64,000 bases of DNA. Source: Octopus sinensis. Lineage: Eukaryota. The notes below the pieces were generated by a model. It was given only the letters and a program-made list of their open reading frames with translations. It made no database searches and had not been told where the DNA came from. The stretch covers positions 16,182,001 to 16,246,000 of the forward strand of contig NC_043010.1 in assembly GCF_006345805.1 (NCBI RefSeq). Direction: 5' to 3'. Each line of letters begins with the position of its first letter. Position 1 is the first letter of the stretch. Shown one piece after another: positions 12,194 through 23,365 of the stretch. The translations under genes and the position numbers were made by a program.

Positions 12194-12929
12194 CATAGTG
12201 CCAACTCTATGGCTGGGGACAACAACCACAGCAACATAATAACAGTGCTAATGGCAGCCTCAACATCACTGGTAGCAGCAACAGCATCCCCAGGTTCAGA
12301 GCCAACTGAAGATACTCTAGTAATATGAATGCGACCAACACCCAAGCCTAGAAACAAAACACATCTGATCAGCTGGGATGGCATTCAAGTGACACCTGTA
12401 CAACCACGTGTCCTTCTTCAGGGTCCTGGAAAGATGATTTGTCACATCCCTAGCCAGCATTGTGTTGCGGCTCAAAAATGAAGGGTCTCTACAATATCAA
12501 GTGGAAGATCTTAGAAAAGCCAGGATCGTACATGAACAGGAGCATACGCTGCAAGCTTTGCGTAGCCAAGTGAACTAGGGTTATTCATAAACATCCTAAA
12601 ACCTGGGTCACTGAATACATGCCAAGAGACCTTCACACCATGCATCCATTTTAATCACTACCTGCTGCAAGCATAGGATTTCCCTTTCACTGACTAAGGC
12701 CAGAAGAGTCCTTATGATGAAAATCCCTTGTTGCCTTCTCTTGGTCCACAGATAGCTGGTCAAGGGGAGATAACATATCCTCACTAACGCTGGGATATTT
12801 ATTCTGTGACAATCAATTGACCATAACAGATTTTTGTCTCTCAGAAGCAAAGAGTTAAATTTGTCTTTGGACTAGAGTTTGATGAGCCGTCTGCAAAGCT
12901 ACAGCCTTTGTGGATGTGAAACCATTGGT
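12194..12929 (+). mobile_element. Penelope-like retroelement 3' remnant, right arm (GIY-YIG endonuclease C-terminus plus 3' region)
   Basis: Broken frames read HI*SAGMAFK*HLYNHVSFFR, VTSLASIVLRLKNEG, YNIKWKILEKPGSYMNRSIRCKLCVAK and LNTCQETFTPCIHFNHYLLQA* (stop ends 12676). This matches the PLE pattern YIG..FKxR..NH..SF..T.LS..W.LK..Y.I.W.IL.K..Y..RCxLC..EK..LN...E....CRH as I recall it. Confidence 0.85.
12869..12929 (+). ncRNA. Minimal type I hammerhead ribozyme motif, truncated by the assembly gap
   Basis: GGACUAGAGU-UUGAUGA-G-CCGUCUGCAAAG-CUACAGC-CUUUGUGGAUG-U-GAAA-CC-AUU-GG-U-N. Stem II has 11 pairs including wobbles; stem III is ACC/GGU; C3 and C11.1 read as U; position 17 is the first N. 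Confidence 0.7.
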
Positions 12930-13029
12930 NNNNNNNNNNNNNNNNNNNNNNNNNNNNNNNNNNNNNNNNNNNNNNNNNNNNNNNNNNNNNNNNNNNNNNN
13001 NNNNNNNNNNNNNNNNNNNNNNNNNNNNN
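12930..13029. other. Assembly gap (100 N)
   Basis: Run of exactly 100 N, typical of a gap of unknown size. Confidence 1.
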
Positions 13030-13053
13030 TATATATATATAGACATATACACC

Positions 13054-13090
<37 letters not shown>

Positions 13091-13093
13091 ATA

Positions 13094-13137
<44 letters not shown>

Positions 13138-13856
13138 TATACACACATATATACATATATATAGGTATATAGACATACATATATAGACATGTACACACAC
13201 ACACACACATATATGACAGCTTCTTTCAGTTTCTACCTATCAAATCCACTCTCAATGCTTTAGTCAGTCACGAGCAGAAGACACTTGTCCAAGGTACCAC
13301 ACAGTCCTGTCTGCACCCGTATGGCTATATATATAATATAGGTGTAGACATGGTTGTCTACATAAAAAAGTTTGCTTCCCTAACCAATGCCTTATGAGTG
13401 GACTTGGTGGGTGGAAACTGAATGACATCTATTTGTGTTTGTGTCTCCTTGTCTTGATAGCAGTGTTTGTCTTGTTTCAAAACAGGTGGAGGGTTGGAGA
13501 CCGGAAGGCATTTAGCTGTAGAGAATCTGCCTCAAAGAATGCTTTCGGACTCGTTGCAATCTTGGAGTAGTGCACAAATCAACTTTACCCTGCCCTAGTT
13601 CTAATTTTAGAGATTTTAGCTAAAAATAGGAAGTTTAGAATTTGCAGTTCAAAATCAGAAATTAAACACCTGTTCTTTCCACATTGTGTTTGGTTAGGAC
13701 CAGATGCAGAACTTACTATTGTAGTTAAATGTATTATTTTTCTTGTATACAAATGATTTTATGAAATACCTGTACAAATAACATATCCTTATCTATATCA
13801 ATGTTTATACAACTTGGGTTGTTTAGTAAGTTGCTGTTTTTCTCTTGCTATTTCAG

Positions 13857-13877
13857 ATTTCTCTAAAGATTTTCTAG
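13857..13877 (+). other. Candidate 21-nt microexon (5' UTR)
   Basis: TTTTTCTCTTGCTATTTCAG|ATTTCTCTAAAGATTTTCTAG|GTAAGC: good acceptor tract and consensus donor; no transcript evidence. Confidence 0.4.
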
Positions 13878-14353
13878 GTAAGCATCAAATGAACCTGGTT
13901 CACTCTTTTATATACTTTTATGTTAATTTTGATAAATCCACAATTTCATCACTCTAGTATGGCTTTGTCACTTCTTTCAGCTGCCGTGGAACTTATGGAA
14001 ATAGTTGAAAAAATTAAAACTAAGCATTTCATAGAATCAACTGCATCAGGGTGTATTGAATTTTTCTTTGTTTGATATTTAGTTGTGTGCATATATGCAA
14101 ATACATGCACTCGTTTTTTGACAGTGTGTGGGTGTAAATGTACATACATGTGTGCTACCTTCGGCTAGTATCTTCCATTGTAGTTCCAAGAAGTTGACCA
14201 AAGCCTTCCGAGTGGATTCAATTGACAGAAATGGAATGAAGCCCATTTTCTGATGCTGGCATGAGTTGAATTGGTCACATTGTCAGTCGTTTTTTTATTG
14301 GGACCCACTGTTCAGATATACTGGGGTCCAAATGTGTGTATGTATGTTTGCAC

Positions 14354-14504
14354 ATGCAAGCATGGCTGTGTGGTTGAGAAGTTTGCTGTGTTGTTTCTGG
14401 TTCAGTCCCACTGCATGGCACCTTGGGCAAGTGTCTTCTACTACAGCTTTCGAAGGGCTAAATCCTTATGAGTTGATTTGGTAGTCAGAAACTGAAAGAA
14501 GCCC

Positions 14505-14535
<31 letters not shown>
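14354..14535 (+). mobile_element. SINE family B (tRNA-derived head, CCTTGGGCAAG core), partial
   Basis: GGCTGTGTGGTT...GGTTCAGTCCCACTGCATGGCACCTTGGGCAAGTGTCTTCTAC...GAAACTGAAAGAAGCCC; homologous to 56781-57204. Confidence 0.8.
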
Positions 14536-14537
<2 letters not shown>

Positions 14538-15664
14538 ATGTCCTGATATCATGTGTTAGCTGTGAGCGACTCAATGTCATACAAGCGTGTCATTTGTGCC
14601 AATCTTCTATGAATCAGGTCATATATATAGAGAGAGAATATCCAACAGTTGTTGTTTTTTGACTTAGTAACTTAGTGTAACAATCATTAAGGATAATATC
14701 AATATTAGAATATGTATGGAAGGATGTGTGAGGTTGAGAGCTAGTAGTGGAATGTTATTAAACTACAGCATCTTTACTTGGGCTCCTGTCCCTTTCTCTC
14801 TCACACACATATTCAGTTTGTTGCAGTAAAAAATTACTTGTCCTTCTGCGTTTTCTAGTTTACACAGTTTGGTCTATAGTCTTTGGCCAGAGAAAACCAG
14901 GCATTGCTAATTAAATAATACATATAAACACCTACCCCACCACCATTTTAGCATATTTGGGCTAGCTTTTTAGTAAGAACACTGTTTCATTTGTCTTATG
15001 TTTATGGCCCAAATCTTGAGCGGTTTTGTTCCAAAATCTGCTCTACATCACAGTTTCCTTCATATTTATTTCTTTATTTTAGATTCCATTATTGAGGAAT
15101 ATTTTATGTCTTCACTTGTCTTTGGCAACAACAGTGAAATATTTGTTGGGGTGTGGCTCAATGCATTCCACTCTCTAAAACAATCTGCTCTTTACTTGAT
15201 GTTACCAGACCCACTTTGTCTCATTTCCATTTCATTCTTCGTTCAACCTTTTCCTTCAAATGCTTCATCTGATCCTCCATATATATATGTGTGTGTGTGT
15301 GTGCGCTTCTGTTGAAATATATTTTATATTAATCATTCCTAAGTGGAATGGTAACATTTTCAGAGTCCACATGAGAGAACATTCTTAAATTGTGGTTTTA
15401 TTTTTTAATGTGTATTCATTTGAAATAGTTTTATTAAATCTGTTAACAAATTATTTCATTTTAGAAATTTAATATTTTCTTGTTTTAAAATAATGTTCAT
15501 TTTTGAAAGTTGTGTTTATAAATGTCTCCCTTGTGTCAGCAATACAAATGACTTGCAGTAATATAATCTACTTTTTGTTGGTAATTTTTTTTTCTCCATT
15601 TGTTGGCCCTTGTTAGCTTTTGTTTGTGTAGATGCATACACATATGTACATTTATGTATACCAG

Positions 15665-16225
15665 TGTGTGTGTCTATACTGGCATGGGTGGGATGGTTTG
15701 ACAGGAGCTGGCCAGGCAGAAGCTTGCACCAGACTTCTGTGACTGTTTTGGCAGGATTTTTACAGCTGGATGCCCCCCCTAACACCAGCCATTTGGCAGA
15801 GTGGACTCTATCATCATGTAGTTTGGATTTGGATAAAAACTACTTAGTGCTTTTGTCCCTTTCAGGGACCCATTATGAATAACTTTCTATAAAGACTTCA
15901 TACCTCTTATGTGTGAGTTGTAAGAAAAAAAAATAGAGGTAGATTTCCCTTCCTGGGCCCTGGAAGAAGGATGCTCTGGAAATCATTGCTTTTGTTCAAC
16001 ATCCACTTTTCCATGCTTGCATGGTCAGACAGTTTATTGAGACATTTTCCGCAGCCAGATGCCCTTCCTGTTGCCAACTCCAAGCAAAGTAATATTTCCC
16101 CATGATAGACATATTTTTGCAGAATATTGAAAAAGGAATGACAATGTTTGTGTGACACTGACAGTCATTTATATCTATCATGTAATGTCCACTCAAGGAA
16201 ACCCAAACATACACGCACGCACACA
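15665..16225 (-). mobile_element. Two decayed family C ((GAT)n-tailed, RTE-related) repeats
   Basis: ACAGCTGGATGCCCCCCCTAACACC and GCCAGATGCCCTTCCTGTTGCCAAC cores. Confidence 0.7.
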
Positions 16226-16337
16226 CACATATCTTTGATATGATGTGCCCTATGATCCCCGTTGGCTGGTCTCTAGTTTGTCATTCTGGCTACTTAATTT
16301 AAATGTAGTAATTTAGGCAGTTGAGGGTTGTGATGTT

Positions 16338-16406
16338 GCTTTGGTGTAGTGGTTAGCACATGTTTGGTTTACAGAAGGAAGACATATCTAAATCCTGCAG
16401 GCGAAG
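16338..16406 (+). pseudogene. Possible tRNA-Val(TAC)-like relic
   Basis: GGTGTAGTGGTTAGCAC (A box/D arm) then TTTACA-GAAGG resemble tRNA-Val(TAC); stems and B box (TCTAAATCC) are degenerate, so it is not a functional tRNA. Confidence 0.3.
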
Positions 16407-16483
16407 GTTCCAGTTTTTTCTTCTGTGTTAGATATGTATATTTTATGAAGAAACATGTTTTCCACTGTTTTTGTATGTCTCAG

Positions 16484-16505
16484 TCTTTTGTCTGCCGGAA
16501 TCAAG
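16484..16505 (+). other. Candidate 5' UTR exon ending in a strong donor
   Basis: TCAAG|GTAAGG at 16505/16506; nearest acceptor TTTTTGTATGTCTCAG| gives 22 nt; alternative acceptors start exons at 16375 or 16431. Confidence 0.35.
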
Positions 16506-17347
16506 GTAAGGTAACTGCTGTGCTGATGATGCTCGTTGAGGTAGATATCTCTGGATGACAAGACTGACTTTTCATTAATAACTTTGCTAAGCTTGGAGAA
16601 TGTCATTCTTGAGATTCTCTTACCTTCTTATTTGTGGTTGTTTTTGAATTCCCACAAGGCTCTTTTTTTTTTTTTAGTTCTCTCTTGAAGGAAGATAATT
16701 TTAATAAGTCAAGAATTTATCTCATTTGATATTTTTATTGAACTTTATCATAGGCTTGATTATGAGTATATATTTAAGAGTACCCATGCCATGCCCTATG
16801 TTACTACGATTCTCCTGTAAGTTGATCAGGTGCTGAATACTCAAGGAAGGGTTTATCTACATATCTTTCTTCATATATCTATCTGTATGTATATTTATAT
16901 GCTTATGTATGTGTACATTTACACAAACACACTTCTAATGTGTGTAAATGTAATTTTTCCTTGCTATGCTCTTAACCTCATTTCGTTGAAACGACATGGT
17001 AATTGGCTGCCACCTGCTTTCTTCTCAATCTGTTTCACTTTAAATTCCCACACATTTATAGTCAGTCAACAGTTTCGAGCTGGTAGATAATATTCCTTCA
17101 TGAGGGCTTGTTGCTTTTTCCATTTGCTACTAAATGGAGATTAATTACACTTTGGAATGAATGTAACCTAAAAATATTGAAATATATATTCATGTGTTTA
17201 TACATATAATGTATGTATAAAGTTGTTGCTTTGCACTGTTGAAGTTTAAAAATGATATGCTTGGTGAAAAGTTAGCCCATTTTTAAAATGCCTTTTCTGT
17301 GCTTATTTACTTGGATAAATAAAATTCTGTGAAAATTCTCCCATTTA

Positions 17348-17563
17348 GGCAGCAAGCTAGCACAAACATTAGCATGCGAGGCGAAATTGTTAATGGTATT
17401 TTGTCTGTCTTTACTTTCTGAGTTCAAATTCTGCCGAGGTCAACTTTGCTTTTCATCCTTCCAGGGTTGATAAATTAAGTACCAGTTGCGTACTGGGGTT
17501 GATCTAATCGACTAGTCCCTTCTTGCAAAATTTCAGACCTTGTGCCTAGAGTGGAAAAGATTA
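17348..17563 (+). mobile_element. SINE family A, near full length
   Basis: tRNA-like head (GGCAGCAAGCTAGCAC...GAGTTCAAATTC B box), central TTTCATCCTTCCAGGGTTGATAAATTAAGTACC (resembles the Meta-type SINE domain, from memory) and AT-rich tail. Confidence 0.85.
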
Positions 17564-17719
17564 TTTAGTTTATGAAATAACCTTTTTCATTGTTGTGTTT
17601 TTCTTATAGATTTTATGATTGGTTGACTATCTTTGTTAAAAGTTCAACTCAATCAAGAGAAATCTGAAAAGACTTTGTGTTGCAGCGGCTGTAGTAGTAT
17701 TTAGTATGAGGGCATGCAC

Positions 17720-18065
17720 TATAACACCATGTCGCTGCATTCACTGTTTGTTGGCGATAATCTACTACTCCTGGTGGCTGACACCTTTGCACAACTCGGG
17801 CGACAACCCTCTAACCCATGGATCTGCTTGGGTAGTTGTTGCTGGTGAAAGTTTTCCGAGGTTGGAGTGAAAATCCTACTTCCACCACTTTTAGTCACTT
17901 TTTTATGATATGCAGAGGTAACATTCAGTCTATTCTTTGACATGTTGCTTTCCTGTGAAAGGAAGTGTTTTGCTCAAGAAAACAACACGCTATCCGGTCC
18001 AGGAATTGAAGCCATGATCACCAGATCATGTATGCAACACCCTAACCACTAGGTCATGCACCTTC
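17720..18065 (-). mobile_element. Composite SINE family E (tRNA head plus structured LINE-like body), copy 1
   Basis: Minus strand: GGTGCATGACCTAGTGGTTAGGG head, TTGAGCAAAACAC, then a body homologous to 48971-49190 (both give the spurious peptide TRSSRLSPTN). Confidence 0.75.
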
Positions 18066-18312
18066 ACTATATTGATGTCATATATATATATAGTCATGTA
18101 TGTGTCATAGCTGAATCATCTTTATTTTGTATTGATGACTAACAGGATGGAAATTCAGGTTTTGAGTAAAGCCCTTCTTAAAAATGGAGGAGTTGGAGGA
18201 ATTTTGATATTGTTTCTAGAATGAAGACCATGGTGTGTAATTTTTGACAATAGCAGATCGCTCATTTCTTGATTTAGACTTAGATAAGCATAGAGGGCAA
18301 GTATTAATTTGA

Positions 18313-18525
18313 CCCTTTAGCATTCAGAATCCTTTGTCAAATGTAATGCTTATTTATTCACCTTGTTTTGAATTAATCCTGCATTATCTTGTAGCTTCAA
18401 GATTTCAATGATGTGACTATTTTTAGAATGACATTGTAGGATAGGTGTGAGAGACCAAATTTAGCCAGTTTGAACATGAAACAGAATATTTTGGGCCTGA
18501 TATAGCTGGTTTAAATGTTAAAGGG
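18313..18525. mobile_element. piggyBac-type MITE
   Basis: TTGA|CCCTTTAGCATT ... AATGTTAAAGGG|TTAA: 12-bp TIR, CCC/GGG termini, TTAA-like flanks. Confidence 0.75.
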
Positions 18526-19966
18526 TTAAAGACTGCTGGATAACTTAATTTTTGTTTAGGATATAATATGGGCATTTTTAATTATTTTCTTTTAATACTT
18601 AGTGGCAACTGGCATGTAGACTATTATTATAGTTCTTGCTAGAACTACACGAGTTCAACAGAGTATATATTCCATTAGAACCAAAGTTTAACAAGTGTTG
18701 GTTTATTGGTAATCCCTGAAATTGAACCATTACCCATCATCTTAATCTAAGTGTTATTACAAGATTAGCTTAAAATTATTGTAAAGACATTTATTTAACC
18801 AATTAGTTTCAATGGTGAACTCAAGACCAATTTGACTCATCAATTATCAAATTACAACTGGTACCAACATGAATTGTGTTGAATTAATCAAATTTTCTAA
18901 GATTTCTGTTCATATTGTCTTGAATTCTTCAAAAATTCTGAGATTTAGTTTTGAAATGTTTCTTTTACTCTATTAAAAAAAAAAATATTTTTGAGAAAGC
19001 AAACTGTTAACTTTTTAATCTAGTTAAAACTTAGAATTACTTGTTTATAGAAGCTTAAGTTTTGTTGAGTGTTTGTGTAAATAAGTAATTTCTGTTCTCT
19101 AAAATGTCAATTGAGGATTTAATTCGGGAAGGAAATATCTGTCAAAACAAGACGAAACAAATTAACTTGAGTCTTCAGTAGTGATTATAGACTGTTTTGA
19201 TTTTGTCTTCCTTTTATAAACTTTATTACAGTGTCTTAAGATAGGAGTGGTGATTAAAAGTACATTGCTAAATAACTGTTGTAACTAACTAAACAAATAT
19301 TTATTTTGTTTGTGTAATTTCAGTTCTGTATTTATTTGAGTACACTAGTGTGATTGATGCTTCATGTATCTTGCCTGTAAAACAAAAATACAAAACACTA
19401 AAACTTGTCCAACCTTCTTTATTTCTCATTATATAGGCTTATTTCTGCATATTCTTGATTTTTTTTTTTCTTTCTTTTTTGTCTTTTTTATGAAATGGTT
19501 TAAAATAAGAGGAATTTAGACTCTTTTCATTGTTAATCTCAGACCTGCTTGCAATTTTCTCTTTTGCTATGAATGTTGCTTACACGGGGTTACACTAGAT
19601 ATGGATTAGAATTTACATCAAGAGATGTGTTAAAAAGATAAATTTTACCACTGCAGAATTATTTTTAAAGTGTAAGGCTACAAACTAGACAGAATGGACA
19701 TCCAATATTTCTAAATTGCAAAATTATTTGTAAACTACTGTTGGTTCATGAGAACTTAAAGATTATTAAACAGACTCTGAATGGCTGATTTAACGAGTAG
19801 AGGCTCATTAGAAACGTTAATCTGGTTGTTACTGATTACTAATTTATGCCTTTGTTTGCAGAGTATGCATATTTTTTCTATCTTATTGCACTCATTGCAC
19901 TGCAGCCATATTGGGACACGAGTATTAACTTTTTTAAAGTCTGGTATTCTGTTGGTTTCTTCCACT

Positions 19967-20217
19967 GAACCACCCAGTTAGAGGAACATAAACAAACCAA
20001 CATTGGTTGTCAAGCAGTGGGGGTGCAAGTAACACACACACACACACACACACACATGATGGGCTTCCACTCAGCTTCTGTGTATGAAATTCATTACAAG
20101 GTACTGGTTGGCCCAGGACTGTAATAGTAAACACTTGCTCAAGGGGCCATGCAGTAAGACTGAACCCAGAATCAAGGTTGCAAAGCAAACTTCTTAACCA
20201 CACAGACATGCCTGCAC
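19967..20217 (-). mobile_element. SINE family B, decayed
   Basis: Homologous to 56781-57204 (ACACTTGCTCAAGG, ACTGAACCC, AACCACACAG). Confidence 0.75.
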
Positions 20218-21479
20218 CCAATGACAACATTTTCTATTTAAAAAAAAAGGAAAGAAATTTGTTTAGATGAGTTTTGGTACTGAATATTGCTAAAATGAAT
20301 TGTATTGCTCCATTAAACACTTATAACCAAGCTTCTCCTATAATACAAAATGCCTAAATGAAATGGGACTAGGAAAGCATTGCTAGATATTGAGAACTGA
20401 AATTTGACTTATAAGAATAAAAGCCCAAAGATTCTGATCTTTGTGGGGTGGGGTTTGAATATTCTTTATTCTACATTCAAAACAATATGATCATGTTTTG
20501 ATTGTTAGTCTTTCTTATGGAAAACTTTACTTAGTCTGTTGTGAGCTTGTCTATCTAATGACGGTAACCTTTTAGACCTGTTAACAAATATAAATGTCAA
20601 ATATTCTCCAAGTCAACATGTCCTATTAAAGAGAAGATACTGTAATTTTAAATTGTATAAAAAATGTCACATCACTTAAATATTTATCTGTGGGTGGGAG
20701 AAGATATTTTAATGCTACAGAATTAAAACTGACTTCAGAGAAAATTTTGAGTAAAACTGATGTCATAACAAAGTGTGGGAAACATTTGTTTCTATACAGC
20801 TAACTATGAATTCAAAAGTATTGCAGATGAGATTTTCCTGGCTGCCAAATGTTATGAATGCTTCTGTTTTGAGAATACATATTGGATCAAAACCATTTAA
20901 GCATCGATCACAAGACCTCTCTGAACTAAAAGTATAAAATGGTTTTTAAACTTTATCTAAATTTATCAAACAGGTTTAGTGATGCAAACAGGAAAAAGAG
21001 ACTCAAAACAAGCTTTTTTTTTGTTTTTTTTATTAATAATTGACAGAAGTTACAGATTAACTCAAAGACTGAGAGCTTCATGTATTGGAACTTACCAAAT
21101 TAGTTTCAAACCATGGGGTCATAAATTTATATACTTGTGATAATGGTATTTCCCTGGACTGTTCAGGAACAAATTATAAAATTTATCATATAGATATTTA
21201 ATAAATTGAATGTTCTGTGATAAAATCTGTATCCTTTCTTACACCTGCATTTTTATCTCTTGAGATGCTCTTGGCATCTGATCACTACCATCTCCATCTT
21301 CTTTCCAGCTATTTCCATCCATCCTTATATAATGTAGGGTTGCTGTGTATCTCCTCTATAGCAAGATGCCTATGCTTTGTCTCTTTGTCATACTTTAACC
21401 TCTGAACCTCTGGCATAAAAACCATTTCATCCCTATCTCAAATACTCACACCCCCTTTGGAGCTTTGTCCTTTTTCTTT

Positions 21480-22100
21480 TTGCTTTTCTTATCCTGCAAA
21501 TTACTTGGTGGCCTCATTAATGCTGTGACATGAAAAACAAGTGCCCAATACGCATGTTAGGAATGGCATCCAGCTGTAGAGATCATGTCATGCCAATTTG
21601 GAAAACAGATGTTAAATGATAATACACACACACACACACGTGTGCATACCATAATCTTTACAGGTGAAACATGTAACGATTATGTAATTTATGTTACTCA
21701 TTCTACTCTCAGGTATGCACTCTAAATTATTCAAATGAATATAAAACCAAAAGAAAATTGGAGGACAAATTATGTTTAATACTCAATTGGAGTTTGGATA
21801 TACAAAGATTAACATGGAGTTCTAAACATTGGTTGATTGCTATGCTATCTCATTGAAATTAATAATTCTTCAATGCACACACACACACACTATTGTTTTT
21901 AATGTCTACTTATCCATTCTTGTATGCAATTGAGGCATATTTTCTATGGCCAGATGCTCTTCCTGTCACCAACCTCCATTTGTTTCCAAGCAAGGAAATA
22001 GTTTTCGTGGAAGATTGAAAGAAAACAACACCACTTGTATGATAGTAATACTCATATACGATTATCTGATAATGTCAAGTCATGGACGGACACACACACA
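21480..22100. mobile_element. Two decayed family C repeats in opposite orientations
   Basis: GGAATGGCATCCAGCTGTAGA (+) and GGCCAGATGCTCTTCCTGTCACCAAC (-) cores. Confidence 0.6.
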
Positions 22101-22344
22101 CACACACGCGCGTGTACACACTTATATAACATCATCATTATCTTTATATCCACTTTCTGTGCTAGCATGTGTTGGATGCATCATCATGATCTGAGTCATC
22201 TCCTACTGGGAGTTGCTGCTTTCCCATTGTCTAATGCATGGATGTGTCATTTGATTGGATGCCACTCCTGTTTTGCTGCTCATCTTACAGATTGTATTGG
22301 GTGTGTTTTTCATGGCACTAACATTAGAAAGGTGGAATAAAGAT

Positions 22345-23078
22345 ATCTCAGAGCTGGAGACCCCATCTTGAATGAAGATGTAACGGTTGCCCAAGGTTTT
22401 TGTGACCCAGGATAACACTTTCTCATCCAACATTTCTACATAAACTTCACTGTTGACCTTGACACCAGCATCGATGACGATTAAGAGATACTTGTACCCA
22501 TCAAATGCAACTGTGGCCCACTCCATGAGTGAAGCTGGCTTCTGACAGCGTAAATGACCCCTGCTACCTTCAGGCAAGAGTCCTGCATAAAACTTGTCAT
22601 TCTGCCTGTTGGTAACTGCCTTTATGGGTGATGATCCTCTCGTTAGACCAGATCAACACTTTTTAGCAGTGTGCTTGATCTCAGCTAACATGGTTTTACT
22701 CCTGTCAAGGCATTTCTTCTTGGAAGCTGTTGAAATTAACTGCCAGGATTGTTTCTTGTATGCAGTTAGCTTTAAATCCTCTTTAAAAATCTTGTTCATT
22801 AATGATTTCGAAATATCAAGAGCTTTTGCAGTTTTTCTTGCACTCCTGTGAGGATTTCAGTTCATTTGCTTCTTCACAACTTCAACAGTTTGTTTGGTAT
22901 GAATTGATCATTTCCCACCAGGAATTGGCTTGCTAGAAGGAGTAGCAAACTCCATATATCATTTCCTGATATTGAACACTGTTTTACAGCATACATGCAA
23001 CTGTTTTGTTGTGTCCTTATTGCTCACTGCAGCTGCTTTAAAAGCGAAAATCTGGTCATGTTTTGCTTTCAGTGCCAT
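22345..23078 (-). pseudogene. Tc1/mariner-superfamily transposase pseudogene, 3'-truncated
   Basis: ATG at 23078; MALKAKHDQI..., NPHRSARKTAKALDISKSLMNKIFKEDLKLTAYKK (HTH), IWSNER (first Asp decayed), NRQND, SLMEWATVAFDG, GVKVNSEVYVEML, YIFIQDG (second Asp); several stops, a frameshift, and no third Asp or TIR found. Confidence 0.9.
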
Positions 23079-23164
23079 GCTTGTTTACAAACCTGTTATA
23101 GACAAATGAAACAATAGACACATGGACAAAAGACTTGTGCAAATCTTTATGTAAAATGTAGATA

Positions 23165-23322
23165 TTACCTGAACCAGTATTGTGTACCATGCATCAGGTG
23201 TTGAAGTGATCGCAGAGCAACGTGAAATGAAGTGTTTTGCTGAAAAACACAATGCACCACCTGGTCTAGGAATTGAAATCACAATTGTTAGAGTGAGTGC
23301 AACACCCTAACCACTAGGCCAT

Positions 23323-23325
<3 letters not shown>
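23165..23325 (-). mobile_element. SINE family E head fragment
   Basis: GCAACACCCTAACCACTAGGCCATGTG and GAAGTGTTTTGCTGAAAAACAC match 17950-18065. Confidence 0.7.

Positions 23326-23357
<32 letters not shown>

Positions 23358-23365
<8 letters not shown>

Noticed and set aside
11751-12198. Overlapping Thr/Ala/Val-rich ORFs as a host or mucin-like exon
   Set aside because: They lie within the PLE palindrome; the conserved endonuclease motifs are split across frames and the partner arm has stops; no splice signals.
12693-12725. Second hammerhead-like stretch CTGACTAAGG...CCTTATGATGAAA in the right PLE arm
   Set aside because: CUGANGA is broken, spacing to GAAA is wrong and there is no stem III or NUH.
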